Source of the DNA: an uncultured Candidatus Binatia bacterium
GTDB lineage: Bacteria; Desulfobacterota; Binatia; UBA9968; JAJDTQ01
DNA length: 64,000 bases
NCBI GenBank assembly: GCA_965215605.1
Contig: OZ244070.1
Coordinates: forward strand, 1,792,001-1,856,000
Direction of reading: 5' to 3'
The notes under the pieces were generated by a model, which was not told the origin of the DNA, did no database searches, and worked only from the letters and a program-made list of their open reading frames with translations. The stretch's first letter is position 1. Each line of letters starts with the position of its first letter. Made by a program: the position numbers and the translations under genes. Below, piece by piece: positions 1 to 9,320 of the stretch.

Positions 1-60
1 CGTCGCCGGTTGCTGCTGCCGGGGTCCGCGCCCGCCCTTTTTTCGCGATGCCTTAGCCAT
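1..60 (-). CDS. 5' end of a gene running off the window (MAKASRKKGRARTPAAATGD...)
   Basis: ATG at 60 on the minus strand with GAGGGG RBS upstream; same orientation as the upstream operon. Confidence 0.5.
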   Translation of the reverse strand, partial: MAKASRKKGGRGPRQQQPAT

Positions 61-149
61 GATCGTTTCCCTCGGAATCTCCGCCCGCCAGTTGGAACTC
101 ACCGTGAATCTAGCAGACCGGCCGGTTCCAGGACAACATCGACGGCGCC

Positions 150-797
150 CTATGCTTTCCCCGCCAAGAGCCGCCGGGCGCTCTCCCGCAGCCTCTCCAG
201 GGCCTGCGGGTCGGCGCTGTCGTAGTAGCCGCGGATCTCCCCGTCACGGTCCACCAGGACGAAGCGGGTGCTGTGGAACACCACGGGATCGAGGGTCGCG
301 CCGTCCACCGGGGCGGCGCTCAGGCGAAAACCTTCCTGCACGATGCGCCGGATCTCCCGGACCTCGCCGGTCAGGAACAGCCAGCGTTCGGGATCGGCCC
401 GGTACCGTTCCGCGTACCGGGACAGAAGGGCGGGGGAGTCCGTCTCCGGATCGACGGTAATGGACACGGAACGCAGGTCGCCGTAGGCCTTCAGGTCGGT
501 TTGAAGCGCGCCCATGGCCCGGCTCTGGAGCGGGCAGGCGTCCTTGCACTGGGTGTAGATGAAATCCGCGATCCAGACCCGGCCCCGCAGGTCCCGGGCG
601 GAGACCGGGCGGCCGCTTCGTTCGACCAGGGCGAAGTCCGGCGCCGGGCCGTACCGCGCCAGCCGCTCCAGCACGGGCTGGCGCGGGGACGCCGGGGGCG
701 TGCGCATCTGGTGGATGACCAGGCCCACCAGGACCAGGAAAAGGACGGTGCCGACGGTCACCTGGAGCGCGAAATGGCGTTGCGTCACGGTCGGCAC
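150..797 (-). CDS. SCO1/SenC family copper chaperone
   Basis: N-terminal TM helix, FIYTQCKDACP (CxxxC), ITVDPETD, conserved His in VFHSTRFVLVD. Confidence 0.9.
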   Translation of the reverse strand: MPTVTQRHFALQVTVGTVLFLVLVGLVIHQMRTPPASPRQPVLERLARYGPAPDFALVERSGRPVSARDLRGRVWIADFIYTQCKDACPLQSRAMGALQTDLKAYGDLRSVSITVDPETDSPALLSRYAERYRADPERWLFLTGEVREIRRIVQEGFRLSAAPVDGATLDPVVFHSTRFVLVDRDGEIRGYYDSADPQALERLRESARRLLAGKA

Positions 798-860
798 CTC
801 GTGGCGCCCGGCGGCGCGGCGACGCTTGAGGATGCCTCGTGGCGAACGGACCCGCCGGGA

Positions 861-1565
861 TCAGGCGGGAGGAATTTTCTGTAGCAGCCTGTCATTTTCG
901 TAAAGCTCGTAACCCTTGATCAACAGCTCGTAACCGCGGCCCGGATGGTCGCTCAGGTCCAGCAGTTCCAGATCGAGGATCACGACGGTGGTCAGGCCCG
1001 CCTTGAGCTCGAAATCGAGCCGGATTGGGCCCACGGCGTTCTTGACCGGGGCGGGCTCCTCGTTCTTCCGGAGGACCCCGCGGATCCCGGTGACCTGCAG
1101 GTCCACGGCGGCGAAGCGCCGCGGCCGGAGCGAGCCCCGGTAAACCGTTGCCGCGGCCGTGCCGTCCTTGTACCGGGTCAGGTCCATGCGGCCGAGCCGC
1201 GGCGTCAGCTCCAGCCATCCCGGATCGGCGGATCGGAGGCGTGCGTCGGGCGACAGCCGGAGCTTCCCGAAGCTCAGCTCCACGCTGCTGAAGTCGTCGA
1301 TGGCGTCTCGGTGATCCTTGACCCGGACCTCCAGGGTGCCTTCGGCCTGGGCCCGGGCCGCGCCGCCGCCCTCGGGAAACCGGTCGCTCGGGTAGAACTG
1401 GTAGGTGACGTGGAACTCGCCGTTTTCACGCGGCACCAAGTCCCGGAAGCGGGCCGTGTCTTCCGCGGCCACGGAAAAACCGGGGCAAACCGCAAACGCC
1501 ATCGCGGCTACCGCCACCAAACCCACCCGGGCGAAGAAACGCTTCTTGTTGCTCAACCGGTTCAT
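861..1565 (-). CDS. Secreted protein, DUF4382-like domain
   Basis: Start MNRLSNKKRFF with signal peptide; GTLEVRVKDH...IDDFSSVEL...DL and TTVVILDL pattern typical of DUF4382. Confidence 0.6.
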   Translation of the reverse strand: MNRLSNKKRFFARVGLVAVAAMAFAVCPGFSVAAEDTARFRDLVPRENGEFHVTYQFYPSDRFPEGGGAARAQAEGTLEVRVKDHRDAIDDFSSVELSFGKLRLSPDARLRSADPGWLELTPRLGRMDLTRYKDGTAAATVYRGSLRPRRFAAVDLQVTGIRGVLRKNEEPAPVKNAVGPIRLDFELKAGLTTVVILDLELLDLSDHPGRGYELLIKGYELYENDRLLQKIPPA

Positions 1566-1632
1566 CGTCAGCCCGCCTGCGGCAGCCCTCCCATTAAAGC
1601 ACGATGATCCCGCAAGTGCAGGCACTCGCCCC

Positions 1633-1668
1633 TTTCGGTCATTCCCGCTTCCGCGGGAATGACCGAAA
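1633..1668. repeat. REP/dRS3-like perfect palindrome
   Basis: TTTCGGTCATTCCCGC-TTCC-GCGGGAATGACCGAAA, a 16-bp perfect inverted repeat containing ATTCCC-N8-GGGAAT. Confidence 0.8.
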
Positions 1669-1669
1669 A

Positions 1670-2479
1670 CTACCGGCTTCCCCGGAGCCACCGGCGGCCG
1701 CCCACCAGGAAGAAGACCAGCGCGAAGGTGAGGACGATCATGGCGCCCGAGGAGATGTCGATGAAGTAGCTGAGGTACATGCCCGATGCCGCGCACGCCG
1801 CGCCGATGATCGGGGTGATGATCAGCAGGGTCTGAAACCGCTGGGTCAGGTAGCGGCCGATGACGGGCGGGATGACCACGGCCGCGGACACCAGGGTGAC
1901 ACCGAGGATGCGCGTGGACGCCACGATGGTGACGGCGAGGAGCAGGATGAAGATGAGCTCGGTGCGGCCCGTGGAGATGCCGTAGACCGGCGCCACTTCC
2001 GGGTCGAACGTGGAGAACAGGAGCTGGCGGCGGATGACGACCATGGCGAACGCGACGGCGGCGGCCGTGGCCGCGATGACCCAGAGGTCCAGGGACGTGA
2101 TGCCGAGCAGGTTGCCGAAAAGGGCGGCCTCCAAGTCGAGGGTGAATTTCCGGTAGGTGGAGACCACCGCCACCCCCAGGGCGAAGCTCGACGTGGTCAC
2201 CACTCCGATGGCGGCGTCGGCGCCCACCAGGCGGCGGTGGCTGATGAGGTGGATCAGCACCGCGCTCACCAGCGCCCAGACGCCGGCGCCGATGAAGAAG
2301 TTGACGCCGACGATGGTGCTCAGGACCGCGCCGCCGAAGAGCGCATGGGCCAGCCCGTGGCCGATGTAGCTCATGCGCCGGAGCACCACGTAGACCCCGA
2401 CGTAGCCGCACACCGCCCCCACGATGATGGCGGCGATCATGCCGTTGCGGAAGAACTCGTAAGCGAACGGCTCCAGCAT
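1670..2479 (-). CDS. Mn/Zn ABC transporter permease (ABC-3, ZnuB/MntB family)
   Basis: GVYVVLRRMSYIGHGLAHA, LFGNLLGI, FDPEVA; ATG at 2479 overlaps the ATPase stop. Confidence 0.92.
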   Translation of the reverse strand: MLEPFAYEFFRNGMIAAIIVGAVCGYVGVYVVLRRMSYIGHGLAHALFGGAVLSTIVGVNFFIGAGVWALVSAVLIHLISHRRLVGADAAIGVVTTSSFALGVAVVSTYRKFTLDLEAALFGNLLGITSLDLWVIAATAAAVAFAMVVIRRQLLFSTFDPEVAPVYGISTGRTELIFILLLAVTIVASTRILGVTLVSAAVVIPPVIGRYLTQRFQTLLIITPIIGAACAASGMYLSYFIDISSGAMIVLTFALVFFLVGGRRWLRGSR

Positions 2480-3345
2480 CAGCGCCCGTTGGGAGAGTGG
2501 GGCCGTTCTCCCACCATGATCATGTCGCCGTGCTGGAACACCACCATCTCGCCCTTGTAGGTCTCCCCCAGCACCTGCGTGGTGAACACCTCCTGGGGGT
2601 CGCCTTCGGCGATGACGCGCTGGTTCAGGCACACCACCCAGGGGAGGTGCGCGGCCACCCAGTTGAGGTCGTGGCTGGTGATGAGGATGGCAACGCCCGA
2701 GTGGTTGATCTCGTGAAGGAAGTGCACCACCTCGTCCCGGGAGCGGATGTCGAGGCCCGAGGTGGGCTCGTCGAGCAGGATCAGCTCCGGCTCCCCCAGC
2801 AAGGCCCGTGCGATGAACGCGGCCTGCTGTTGCCCGCCGGAAAGCTCCCGGATCTGGCGCTGCCCCAGCTCCAGCAGGTTGAGCCGTTGCATGATCTCGT
2901 GCGCGCGGTCCCGCTCTTCCGCGCCGGTGCGGCGATACCAGCGGCGGTCCCGCGACAGGCCCAGCAGCACCACCTCCTCCACCGTGATGGGGAAGCTCAG
3001 GTCGATCTGTTCCAGTTGCGGCACGTAGCCCATGGACGCCGGGGACGAGCCGCCGGCCGCGTTGATCTTCACCCGGCCCTCCCTGGGCCGGATGTGTCCC
3101 AGGATGGTACGCAGCAGCGTGGTCTTGCCGCCGCCGTTGGGCCCCACCACCGCCAGGAACTGGGCCGGCCAGAGCTTCAGGTCGATGTGCTCGATGCCCA
3201 GGGTCTGCCGGTAGCCGCTGGAGACGTCGTTGAGTTCCACGATGGGCTGCCCGTGCTCGCTCCATTCACGGAGTCCGGCATGCGGGTGGCCGTGCAGCCT
3301 GCCGTGTACGTGATGGACCCTGTCGGTGTGCTTTCCGGTGGTCAC
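2479..3345 (-). CDS. Mn/Zn ABC transporter ATPase with His-rich N-terminus
   Basis: GPNGGGKTT, YVPQ, LSGGQQQ, LLDEP, SHDL; N-terminal HHVHGRLHGHPH. Confidence 0.92.
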   Translation of the reverse strand: MTTGKHTDRVHHVHGRLHGHPHAGLREWSEHGQPIVELNDVSSGYRQTLGIEHIDLKLWPAQFLAVVGPNGGGKTTLLRTILGHIRPREGRVKINAAGGSSPASMGYVPQLEQIDLSFPITVEEVVLLGLSRDRRWYRRTGAEERDRAHEIMQRLNLLELGQRQIRELSGGQQQAAFIARALLGEPELILLDEPTSGLDIRSRDEVVHFLHEINHSGVAILITSHDLNWVAAHLPWVVCLNQRVIAEGDPQEVFTTQVLGETYKGEMVVFQHGDMIMVGERPHSPNGR

Positions 3346-3364
3346 TGTGCGGGGCTACAGGACA

Positions 3365-4396
3365 CTAGATCCTGTACAGGCGCTTGGGATTCTCCGACAG
3401 GATCTTTCGCTTGGATTCGGCGGAGACGTCCTCCCGCGCGAAGAATTCCGGCAGGTCGCCGAAGAACTCCGCCCGCGCCCGCTCGTGCGGGTAGTCCGAC
3501 GGCCACACCAGCTTTTCGTCGCCCAGGAGCTGGATGAAGAAGGGCAGGGTCCGTTCCTCGATCTCGAAAGAGAAGTAGACGTTGGGGTCCATGAGGTACT
3601 CGCTGGGCTTGCGCTTGAGGTCGCTGGCGCCCTTGCGCTCGAATTGTTCGTCGAGCACGTCCATCAGGTAGGGCACCCAGCCGCAACCGGCCTCCAGGTA
3701 CGCCACCCGGAGGTTCGGGTAGCGGTCGAACACGCCCTGGGAGATCATGCTGGTGGCATGGCTCATGAGCGGGATCACGTGCTTGAGGGCGCGGACCTCC
3801 CGGTAGGTGCGTAGCGGGTCGGCGAAGTTGTGGGCGCCGACGAAGCCGCCGTGGACCGCGATCATGGTGTCGAGCTCGGCGGCGGCGGCGTAGATGGGGT
3901 CGAACTCCGGGTTGCCGTAGGCCATCAGCGGCGAGGAGATGGACGGCAGGATCGCCCCCACGAAGCCGAGCTCGCCGACGCAGCGCCGGAGCTCGCTCAC
4001 GCAGGCGCCGACGTCGTGCACCGGCAGCAGCGCCACCCCCAGCAGCCGGTCGCTCTGGCGCAGGAACTTGTCGTGGAGCCAGTCGTTGTACGCCCGCGCC
4101 AGGTCCACGGACCACTCCACCCGCCGCACCATGCCCACGGCCGCGGCGTTGCTCGGGTAAAGCACGGTGGCGCTGATGCCGGCCTCGTCCAGGAAGCTCA
4201 GCCACATGGCCGCGTCCGGGACGTCCTGCTTGTGCGGGTCGACGACGCCGAACGCCCAGGAATCCTGGGGAAACAGCGAGTAGTCGCGGTTGCCCGGGAT
4301 GCGCCGGAACCGCTCCGGGAGGTACTGGGCCATCTCCTTGTCCGGCTCCACCACGTGCCCGTCGCCGTCGATAATGGGGTAATCCACTTTGATCAT
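3365..4396 (-). CDS. Amidohydrolase_2 family protein
   Basis: IIDGDGHVVE, AYNDWL, AVHGG, LEAGCGW, WPSDYPH. Confidence 0.9.
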   Translation of the reverse strand: MIKVDYPIIDGDGHVVEPDKEMAQYLPERFRRIPGNRDYSLFPQDSWAFGVVDPHKQDVPDAAMWLSFLDEAGISATVLYPSNAAAVGMVRRVEWSVDLARAYNDWLHDKFLRQSDRLLGVALLPVHDVGACVSELRRCVGELGFVGAILPSISSPLMAYGNPEFDPIYAAAAELDTMIAVHGGFVGAHNFADPLRTYREVRALKHVIPLMSHATSMISQGVFDRYPNLRVAYLEAGCGWVPYLMDVLDEQFERKGASDLKRKPSEYLMDPNVYFSFEIEERTLPFFIQLLGDEKLVWPSDYPHERARAEFFGDLPEFFAREDVSAESKRKILSENPKRLYRI

Positions 4397-4461
4397 CGGA
4401 TACCGTCCTTTCGGCGCATTGTACCATTTTTGTGCCGGTCCGTTAGCCCGGTTCGACGCTC

Positions 4462-5499
4462 CTACCGGTAGTGCGCGTGGTGGCCGGCCACCGGCGCCGG
4501 GTCCACGGCCTTCAGGGCATCGGCGGAGCCGCCCAGGGCGGTGACGATGGTGCGGATGTTGGCGAGCATCATGCCGGTGTAGGAATGGACCGGGTCGCCG
4601 GCCTCCCCGGGGAGGTCATCGTCCCGCAGGTTGTCGACGAACGCGGTTTTCGCTTCCCGGGCGATCTGCCGGAGCACCGGGCTGGGGAACACCGCCGACC
4701 CGAACACCGCGGGCAACTGCTCCCGCTTCAACTGGTCGATGAGCCGGGCGACCTCCCGGGGACTGGGTTCCGCGAAGCTGGAGGGCTGTACCGCGCCGAT
4801 GACGCGGAAACCGTAGCGCTTGGCGAAGTAGGGCCACGAGTCGTGGTAGGTGAGGAGCCGGCGATTCCGCGGCGGTATGGTGGCCACGGCCGCGCCGGTG
4901 GCCTTGTCCAGCGCCTCGAGCTGCTTCAGGTAGCGTTCCGTGTTGGCCGCGTACACGGCCCTGCCCCCGGGGTCCAGGTCTGTCAGGGCGTCCCGCACCA
5001 GGCGCGCGTAGTTCATGACGTGGATCGGGTCGGGCCACAGGTGCGGGTTGGGATGCCCGTGGTCCTCGGGGAAGCTGAAGTCGAAAAGGTAGTCCTGTTC
5101 GGCGACGGTGTGGTCGGCCAGCAGCAGCACCGGCGTATCCGCCCGCTTGTTGGCGCGGGCCAGCTTGAGCGTGGGGATCTCCAGGTTGAGGCCGTTGAGG
5201 ATGATGAGATCCGCCCGCGCCATGGTCCGGGCCACGGAGGGGGCCGGCCGGAAAGTGTGGGAGTTCACGCCTTCCGGGACGATGCCGGCAACCCGCGCGC
5301 GATCCCCTGCCACGTTCTCCACGATGCTGGTGATGGGCGCCACCGTGGTGACCACCCGCACGGCCGCGGCGGAAAGCTGGGCCGGTACCGCCAGCATCAA
5401 CCCGAGCAGCAGCGCCAGCGCCGCACACGTCCGCGCGCCGCGGAGGCCCTGGCGCTCCGTGATTCCCGCCCGCCGGGTCATTCCCGCCCCCTCCGTCAT
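4462..5499 (-). CDS. Mn/Zn ABC transporter substrate-binding protein (TroA/ZnuA-like)
   Basis: Signal peptide, NSHTF, NGLNLE, PNPHLW, TYHDSWPYFA; start uncertain (5499 or 5481). Confidence 0.9.
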   Translation of the reverse strand: MTEGAGMTRRAGITERQGLRGARTCAALALLLGLMLAVPAQLSAAAVRVVTTVAPITSIVENVAGDRARVAGIVPEGVNSHTFRPAPSVARTMARADLIILNGLNLEIPTLKLARANKRADTPVLLLADHTVAEQDYLFDFSFPEDHGHPNPHLWPDPIHVMNYARLVRDALTDLDPGGRAVYAANTERYLKQLEALDKATGAAVATIPPRNRRLLTYHDSWPYFAKRYGFRVIGAVQPSSFAEPSPREVARLIDQLKREQLPAVFGSAVFPSPVLRQIAREAKTAFVDNLRDDDLPGEAGDPVHSYTGMMLANIRTIVTALGGSADALKAVDPAPVAGHHAHYR

Positions 5500-5505
5500 T
5501 CCCGC
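5459..5505. repeat. Three tandem REP-like half-sites (GT(C/G)ATTCCCGC, 18-nt period)
   Basis: Copies at 5459, 5477 and 5495; same core as the 1633-1668 palindrome. Confidence 0.65.
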
Positions 5506-5517
5506 GAAATCATATCC

Positions 5518-8500
5518 CTACCCCTCCGCCATCCGTGCCGGCTCGTTGGCGCTGACGAGTTGGGTCATGACCAGGTTGGCGTAGAGGCCGTTGGACTGGA
5601 GCAGGTCGTCGTGGGTGCCCTGCTCGGCGATGGTTCCCGAGTCCAGCACCACGATGCGGTCGGCGTCGCGGATGGTGGACAGGCGGTGGGCGATGACCAG
5701 CGTGGTGCGGCCCTGCACCAGCCGGTCCACCGCCTGGTGGATCAGCTCCTCGTTGATGGCGTCGAGATGTGAGGTGGCTTCGTCGAGGATCAGCACGGGG
5801 GCGTCCTTGAGCAGCGCCCGGGCGATGGCGATGCGCTGCCGCTGGCCCCCGGAGAGCTGCACCCCGCGCTCGCCCACCACGGTGTCGTAGCCGGCCGGCA
5901 GGCGGCTGATGAAGCGGTGGATGTGGGCCAGCCCGGCGGCTTCCTCCACCTCCTCCTGGGTCGCGTCGGGCCGGCCCAGGCGGATGTTGTCCCGCATAGT
6001 GGTGTTGAACAGGTAGGTGTCCTGGGACACCAGCGAGACCTGCTCGCGCAGGTGGTCCAGGGTGAAATCCCGGAGGTCCCGGTCCCCCAGCCGCACGGCG
6101 CCGCCGGCCGGGTCCCAGAAACGCAGCAGCATGTGCGCGCAGGTGGTCTTGCCGGCACCCGAGGGGCCCACCAGCGCCACGGTCTGGCCCGGCTCCACGT
6201 CGAGGCACACGTCCCGGAGCGCGAGGCCGTTGCCGGCGTCGTAGCCGAAGTTCACGTGGTCGAAGCGGATGGCCGGCGGGTCGTTGCCGTTGGCCGCGAG
6301 GGCGGGTACGCCGGCGCCGTCCCGCACCGGCACGGGCTCGTCCTTCACCTGGAATACGCGGCGGCCCGACTCCAGCGTCTCCATCAGCTCCTTGACCGTG
6401 CGGGCGACGTCGGTCACCGGCCCGAAGGCCAGCAGCGCCAGCACGATGGCCAGCGGCAGCAGCGCCCGTTCCATCTCGAGCTGGCCCACCAGCCACACGC
6501 CGGTGGTCAGCACCGCCAGGGCGCCGAGGCCGGTCATCGCCTCGTTGAAGCTGGCCTGAAGCGCCTGGTCCTTGTGGAACGCGAGCTGGGTCCTGGCCAG
6601 CCGCAGGCTGTTGGCCAGGACGTCGGCGACCTGGTGCTTCTCGTGGCCGAAGGAGACCACCTCGCGCATCCCCTGGATGCTGTCCACCAAGTGGGCGTTC
6701 ATGTGCCCCAGCTCCCGGCGCACCGCGCCTCCCAGCCGGTCCGACCGCTTCTGTGCCAGGAACGGCGACGCCGCCAGCAGCATCAGAAAGGGAGCCAGCG
6801 CCAGCATCAGGGGCCAGGCCACCGCCCCCAGCACCACCAGAATGCCGGCCGGAATCACCACCGCGATGAAGGCCGGGGTAATGGTGTGGGCGAAGAAGAG
6901 CTCCACCGTCTCCACGTCGGCGCCGGCGATGCTCACCAGGTCGCCGGAACGGCGCCGGGTCAGATAGGCCGGCGCCAGCGGGTCCAGGGTGTTGTAGAAG
7001 TCGATGCGCATCTCCGCCAGGAGCTGGTAGGCGAGGTCGTGGGGCAGCCAGCAATCGGCCCAGGCAAGCATGGACGCGAGCCCCACCATGGACCCCAGCA
7101 GGATCAACTGGAACGCGATGTCCTCGCCCCGGATGAGCTGCCCCACCAGCAGCGCGCTGGCCGCGCCGACCCCCACCACCGACGCCTGGAAGAGCACCCC
7201 GGCGGAGAACGACACCGCGAGCTTCCGGCGGAACGGGCGCACCAGCCCCGCCAGCCGCCGCAGCACCGTGAAGGCCGACAGCGGCGCCGCCGCGTCCGCT
7301 GTTGGCGCGACGGACGCCTCGACGGCTTCCTCGGGCTCGGCCGCCGCAGCCGTGGCCGGGGCCTCGCGCTCCGCCAGCGCCTCGGCGTCGCCGGCCTGGG
7401 CTTGGGCGGCCATGAGCCGGGCGTAGGTGCCGCCGCCCTCCAGCAGCTCCCGGTGGCCGCCGGTTTCCACCACCCGGCCCCGTTCCAGCACCAGGATGCG
7501 GTCCGCGTGGATGACGCTCGACAACCGGTGGGCGATGATCAGGGTGGTGCGTCCCTCCATGAGCTTGCGCAGCGCCTCGTTGATCACCGCCTCGCTCTGG
7601 GCGTCCACGCTCGACAGCGCCTCGTCCAGCACCAGGATTGGCGCGTCCTTGAGGATCGCCCGGGCGATGGCGATGCGCTGGCGCTCGCCGCCGGAGAGCC
7701 GCACGCCGCGCTCACCCACGACGGTGTCGTAGCCGTCGGAGAGCCCGGCGATGAACTCGTGGATGTTGGCCGCCCGGGCCGCCGCCTCGATCTCCTCCGG
7801 GGTGGCCTCGGGCCTGGCCATGCGCAGGTTGTCGGCGATGGTGCCGTAGAAGAGGTACATGTCCTGGGCCACCACCGCGATGTGGCGGCGCAGGACGGCC
7901 AGGGGGATGGCGCGGATATCCTGGCCGCCCAGGAGGACACGCCCCTCCTGGGGGTCGGCGAAGCGCAGCATCAGCGATACCAGGGTGGACTTGCCGGCGC
8001 CGCTGGGGCCCACGACGCCGAGCTTTTCGCCCGCCCGAAGCTCCAGGGACACGTCCCGGAGCGCGGGGCGGCTGCCCTCCTGATAGGCGAAGTGCACGTC
8101 CTCGAAGCGGACGGCGGGCTCGAAGGAGGTTCCGGCCGCGGCCTCGGCCGCCGCCGGCTCGCGCACCGTCACCGGGGTCTCCAACAGATCGAAGATGCCC
8201 TCGGCCGCGGCCATGGCGTTGATGCCCTGGTGGTACAGGACCATCAGCTCCCGGATGGGGCGGAAGATCTCCGCGCCCATGATCAGGATCACGATCAGCG
8301 AGCGCACCTCCAGCTCGCCGGCGCTGACCTTGAAGGCGCCCCAGCCCAGGGCGCAGGCGGTGCCCCCCAGGATGCCGAAGGTGGCGACGCCCACCGAGAC
8401 CATGTTGACCGCCAGGACGCCCATGGTCGCGCGGTAGAGGTCGCGCGCCCGGGTCGCGAGGTGCTCCCCCTGGGCGCGGCTGCGGCCGAAGATCTTGAGG

Positions 8501-9120
8501 GTGGCGATGCCCTGGATGCTGTCCAGGAAGTCGGCGCCGAAGGCGCCGTAGGAGGCGCGCCGCCGCCGGCTGCTCTCCTCGGTGAACACCAGGAACAGCG
8601 GGGTCTCCAGCAGCGTCAGCAGGGCGAAGGCCACGAAGATAAGCCCGATGACGAGGTCGAAGGACGCCATCAGAAAGAAGATCAGCACCGGCGCCAGCCC
8701 CGCCACCACCATCTGCGGCAGGAACTGGCCGTAGAAGACCTGGAGCTGCTCCACCCCCTCGCCCAGCGACACCAGCACGTCGCCCGTCCGTTCCCGGTTG
8801 AAATGTCCGGGGCCCAGGTCCAGGGCGTGCCGGTAGAGCTTGTCGTGCAGCCCTTCCTTCACCCGGGCGGCGGTCTCATGGCTCACCATGTCCCGCAGAT
8901 ACTGGAACACCGCGCGCAGGGCGATGAAACCCGCGACGGCCGCCAGGTAGGGAATCAGCGACGAAAACGCGGCGCCGGTGAGGACCCCGGCGATGATGAG
9001 TCCGGAAAACGCCAGCCGCGAGATGCCGGCGGCCACGGCGCATAGTCCGAGCAGGGCGGCTGCGGCGATGCGACCGCGCACGCCGCGGGTATGGGTCAGC
9101 AGTCTTCGATCCAGGTACAT
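5518..9120 (-). CDS. Fused heterodimeric ABC transporter (TMD-NBD-TMD-NBD), CydDC/YbtPQ/IrtAB-like fold
   Basis: Two TM domains and two NBDs (GPSGAGKS...LSGGERQR; GPSGAGKT...LSGGQRQR); start MYLDRRLL. Confidence 0.88.
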   Translation of the reverse strand: MYLDRRLLTHTRGVRGRIAAAALLGLCAVAAGISRLAFSGLIIAGVLTGAAFSSLIPYLAAVAGFIALRAVFQYLRDMVSHETAARVKEGLHDKLYRHALDLGPGHFNRERTGDVLVSLGEGVEQLQVFYGQFLPQMVVAGLAPVLIFFLMASFDLVIGLIFVAFALLTLLETPLFLVFTEESSRRRRASYGAFGADFLDSIQGIATLKIFGRSRAQGEHLATRARDLYRATMGVLAVNMVSVGVATFGILGGTACALGWGAFKVSAGELEVRSLIVILIMGAEIFRPIRELMVLYHQGINAMAAAEGIFDLLETPVTVREPAAAEAAAGTSFEPAVRFEDVHFAYQEGSRPALRDVSLELRAGEKLGVVGPSGAGKSTLVSLMLRFADPQEGRVLLGGQDIRAIPLAVLRRHIAVVAQDMYLFYGTIADNLRMARPEATPEEIEAAARAANIHEFIAGLSDGYDTVVGERGVRLSGGERQRIAIARAILKDAPILVLDEALSSVDAQSEAVINEALRKLMEGRTTLIIAHRLSSVIHADRILVLERGRVVETGGHRELLEGGGTYARLMAAQAQAGDAEALAEREAPATAAAAEPEEAVEASVAPTADAAAPLSAFTVLRRLAGLVRPFRRKLAVSFSAGVLFQASVVGVGAASALLVGQLIRGEDIAFQLILLGSMVGLASMLAWADCWLPHDLAYQLLAEMRIDFYNTLDPLAPAYLTRRRSGDLVSIAGADVETVELFFAHTITPAFIAVVIPAGILVVLGAVAWPLMLALAPFLMLLAASPFLAQKRSDRLGGAVRRELGHMNAHLVDSIQGMREVVSFGHEKHQVADVLANSLRLARTQLAFHKDQALQASFNEAMTGLGALAVLTTGVWLVGQLEMERALLPLAIVLALLAFGPVTDVARTVKELMETLESGRRVFQVKDEPVPVRDGAGVPALAANGNDPPAIRFDHVNFGYDAGNGLALRDVCLDVEPGQTVALVGPSGAGKTTCAHMLLRFWDPAGGAVRLGDRDLRDFTLDHLREQVSLVSQDTYLFNTTMRDNIRLGRPDATQEEVEEAAGLAHIHRFISRLPAGYDTVVGERGVQLSGGQRQRIAIARALLKDAPVLILDEATSHLDAINEELIHQAVDRLVQGRTTLVIAHRLSTIRDADRIVVLDSGTIAEQGTHDDLLQSNGLYANLVMTQLVSANEPARMAEG

Positions 9121-9235
9121 GGTGTCACCGATCCCGGTTTCAGAAATTAGAAGGTCGTGGCCGCGAATACAAGGCCGGTCGTCCGGAACAGTGTCCATGG
9201 CCGGCCGAAAGCTCGTTTGTAGGCAAAAGAAAAAA

Positions 9236-9270
9236 TTTGGTCACGCTAACTTTAGGTATTGCACACCAGT
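9236..9270. promoter_or_regulatory. Tandem DtxR/IdeR-like operator candidates
   Basis: TTTGGTCACGCTAACTTTA (9236-9254) matches TTAGGTTAGGCTAACCTAA at 14/19; a second weaker site at 9252-9270; located in the divergent AT-rich gap. Confidence 0.55.
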
Positions 9271-9320
9271 TAGGTTTGAAGTATGGATGCCGGAAGTATC
9301 TCTTGAAGGGAGACCATGCA

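Noticed and set aside
5917-9045. 1042-aa plus-strand ORF and many other long antisense ORFs (e.g. 39286-41640, 45295-47478, 57877-60249)
   Set aside because: Shadow ORFs of high-GC genes on the opposite strand; no recognisable motifs.
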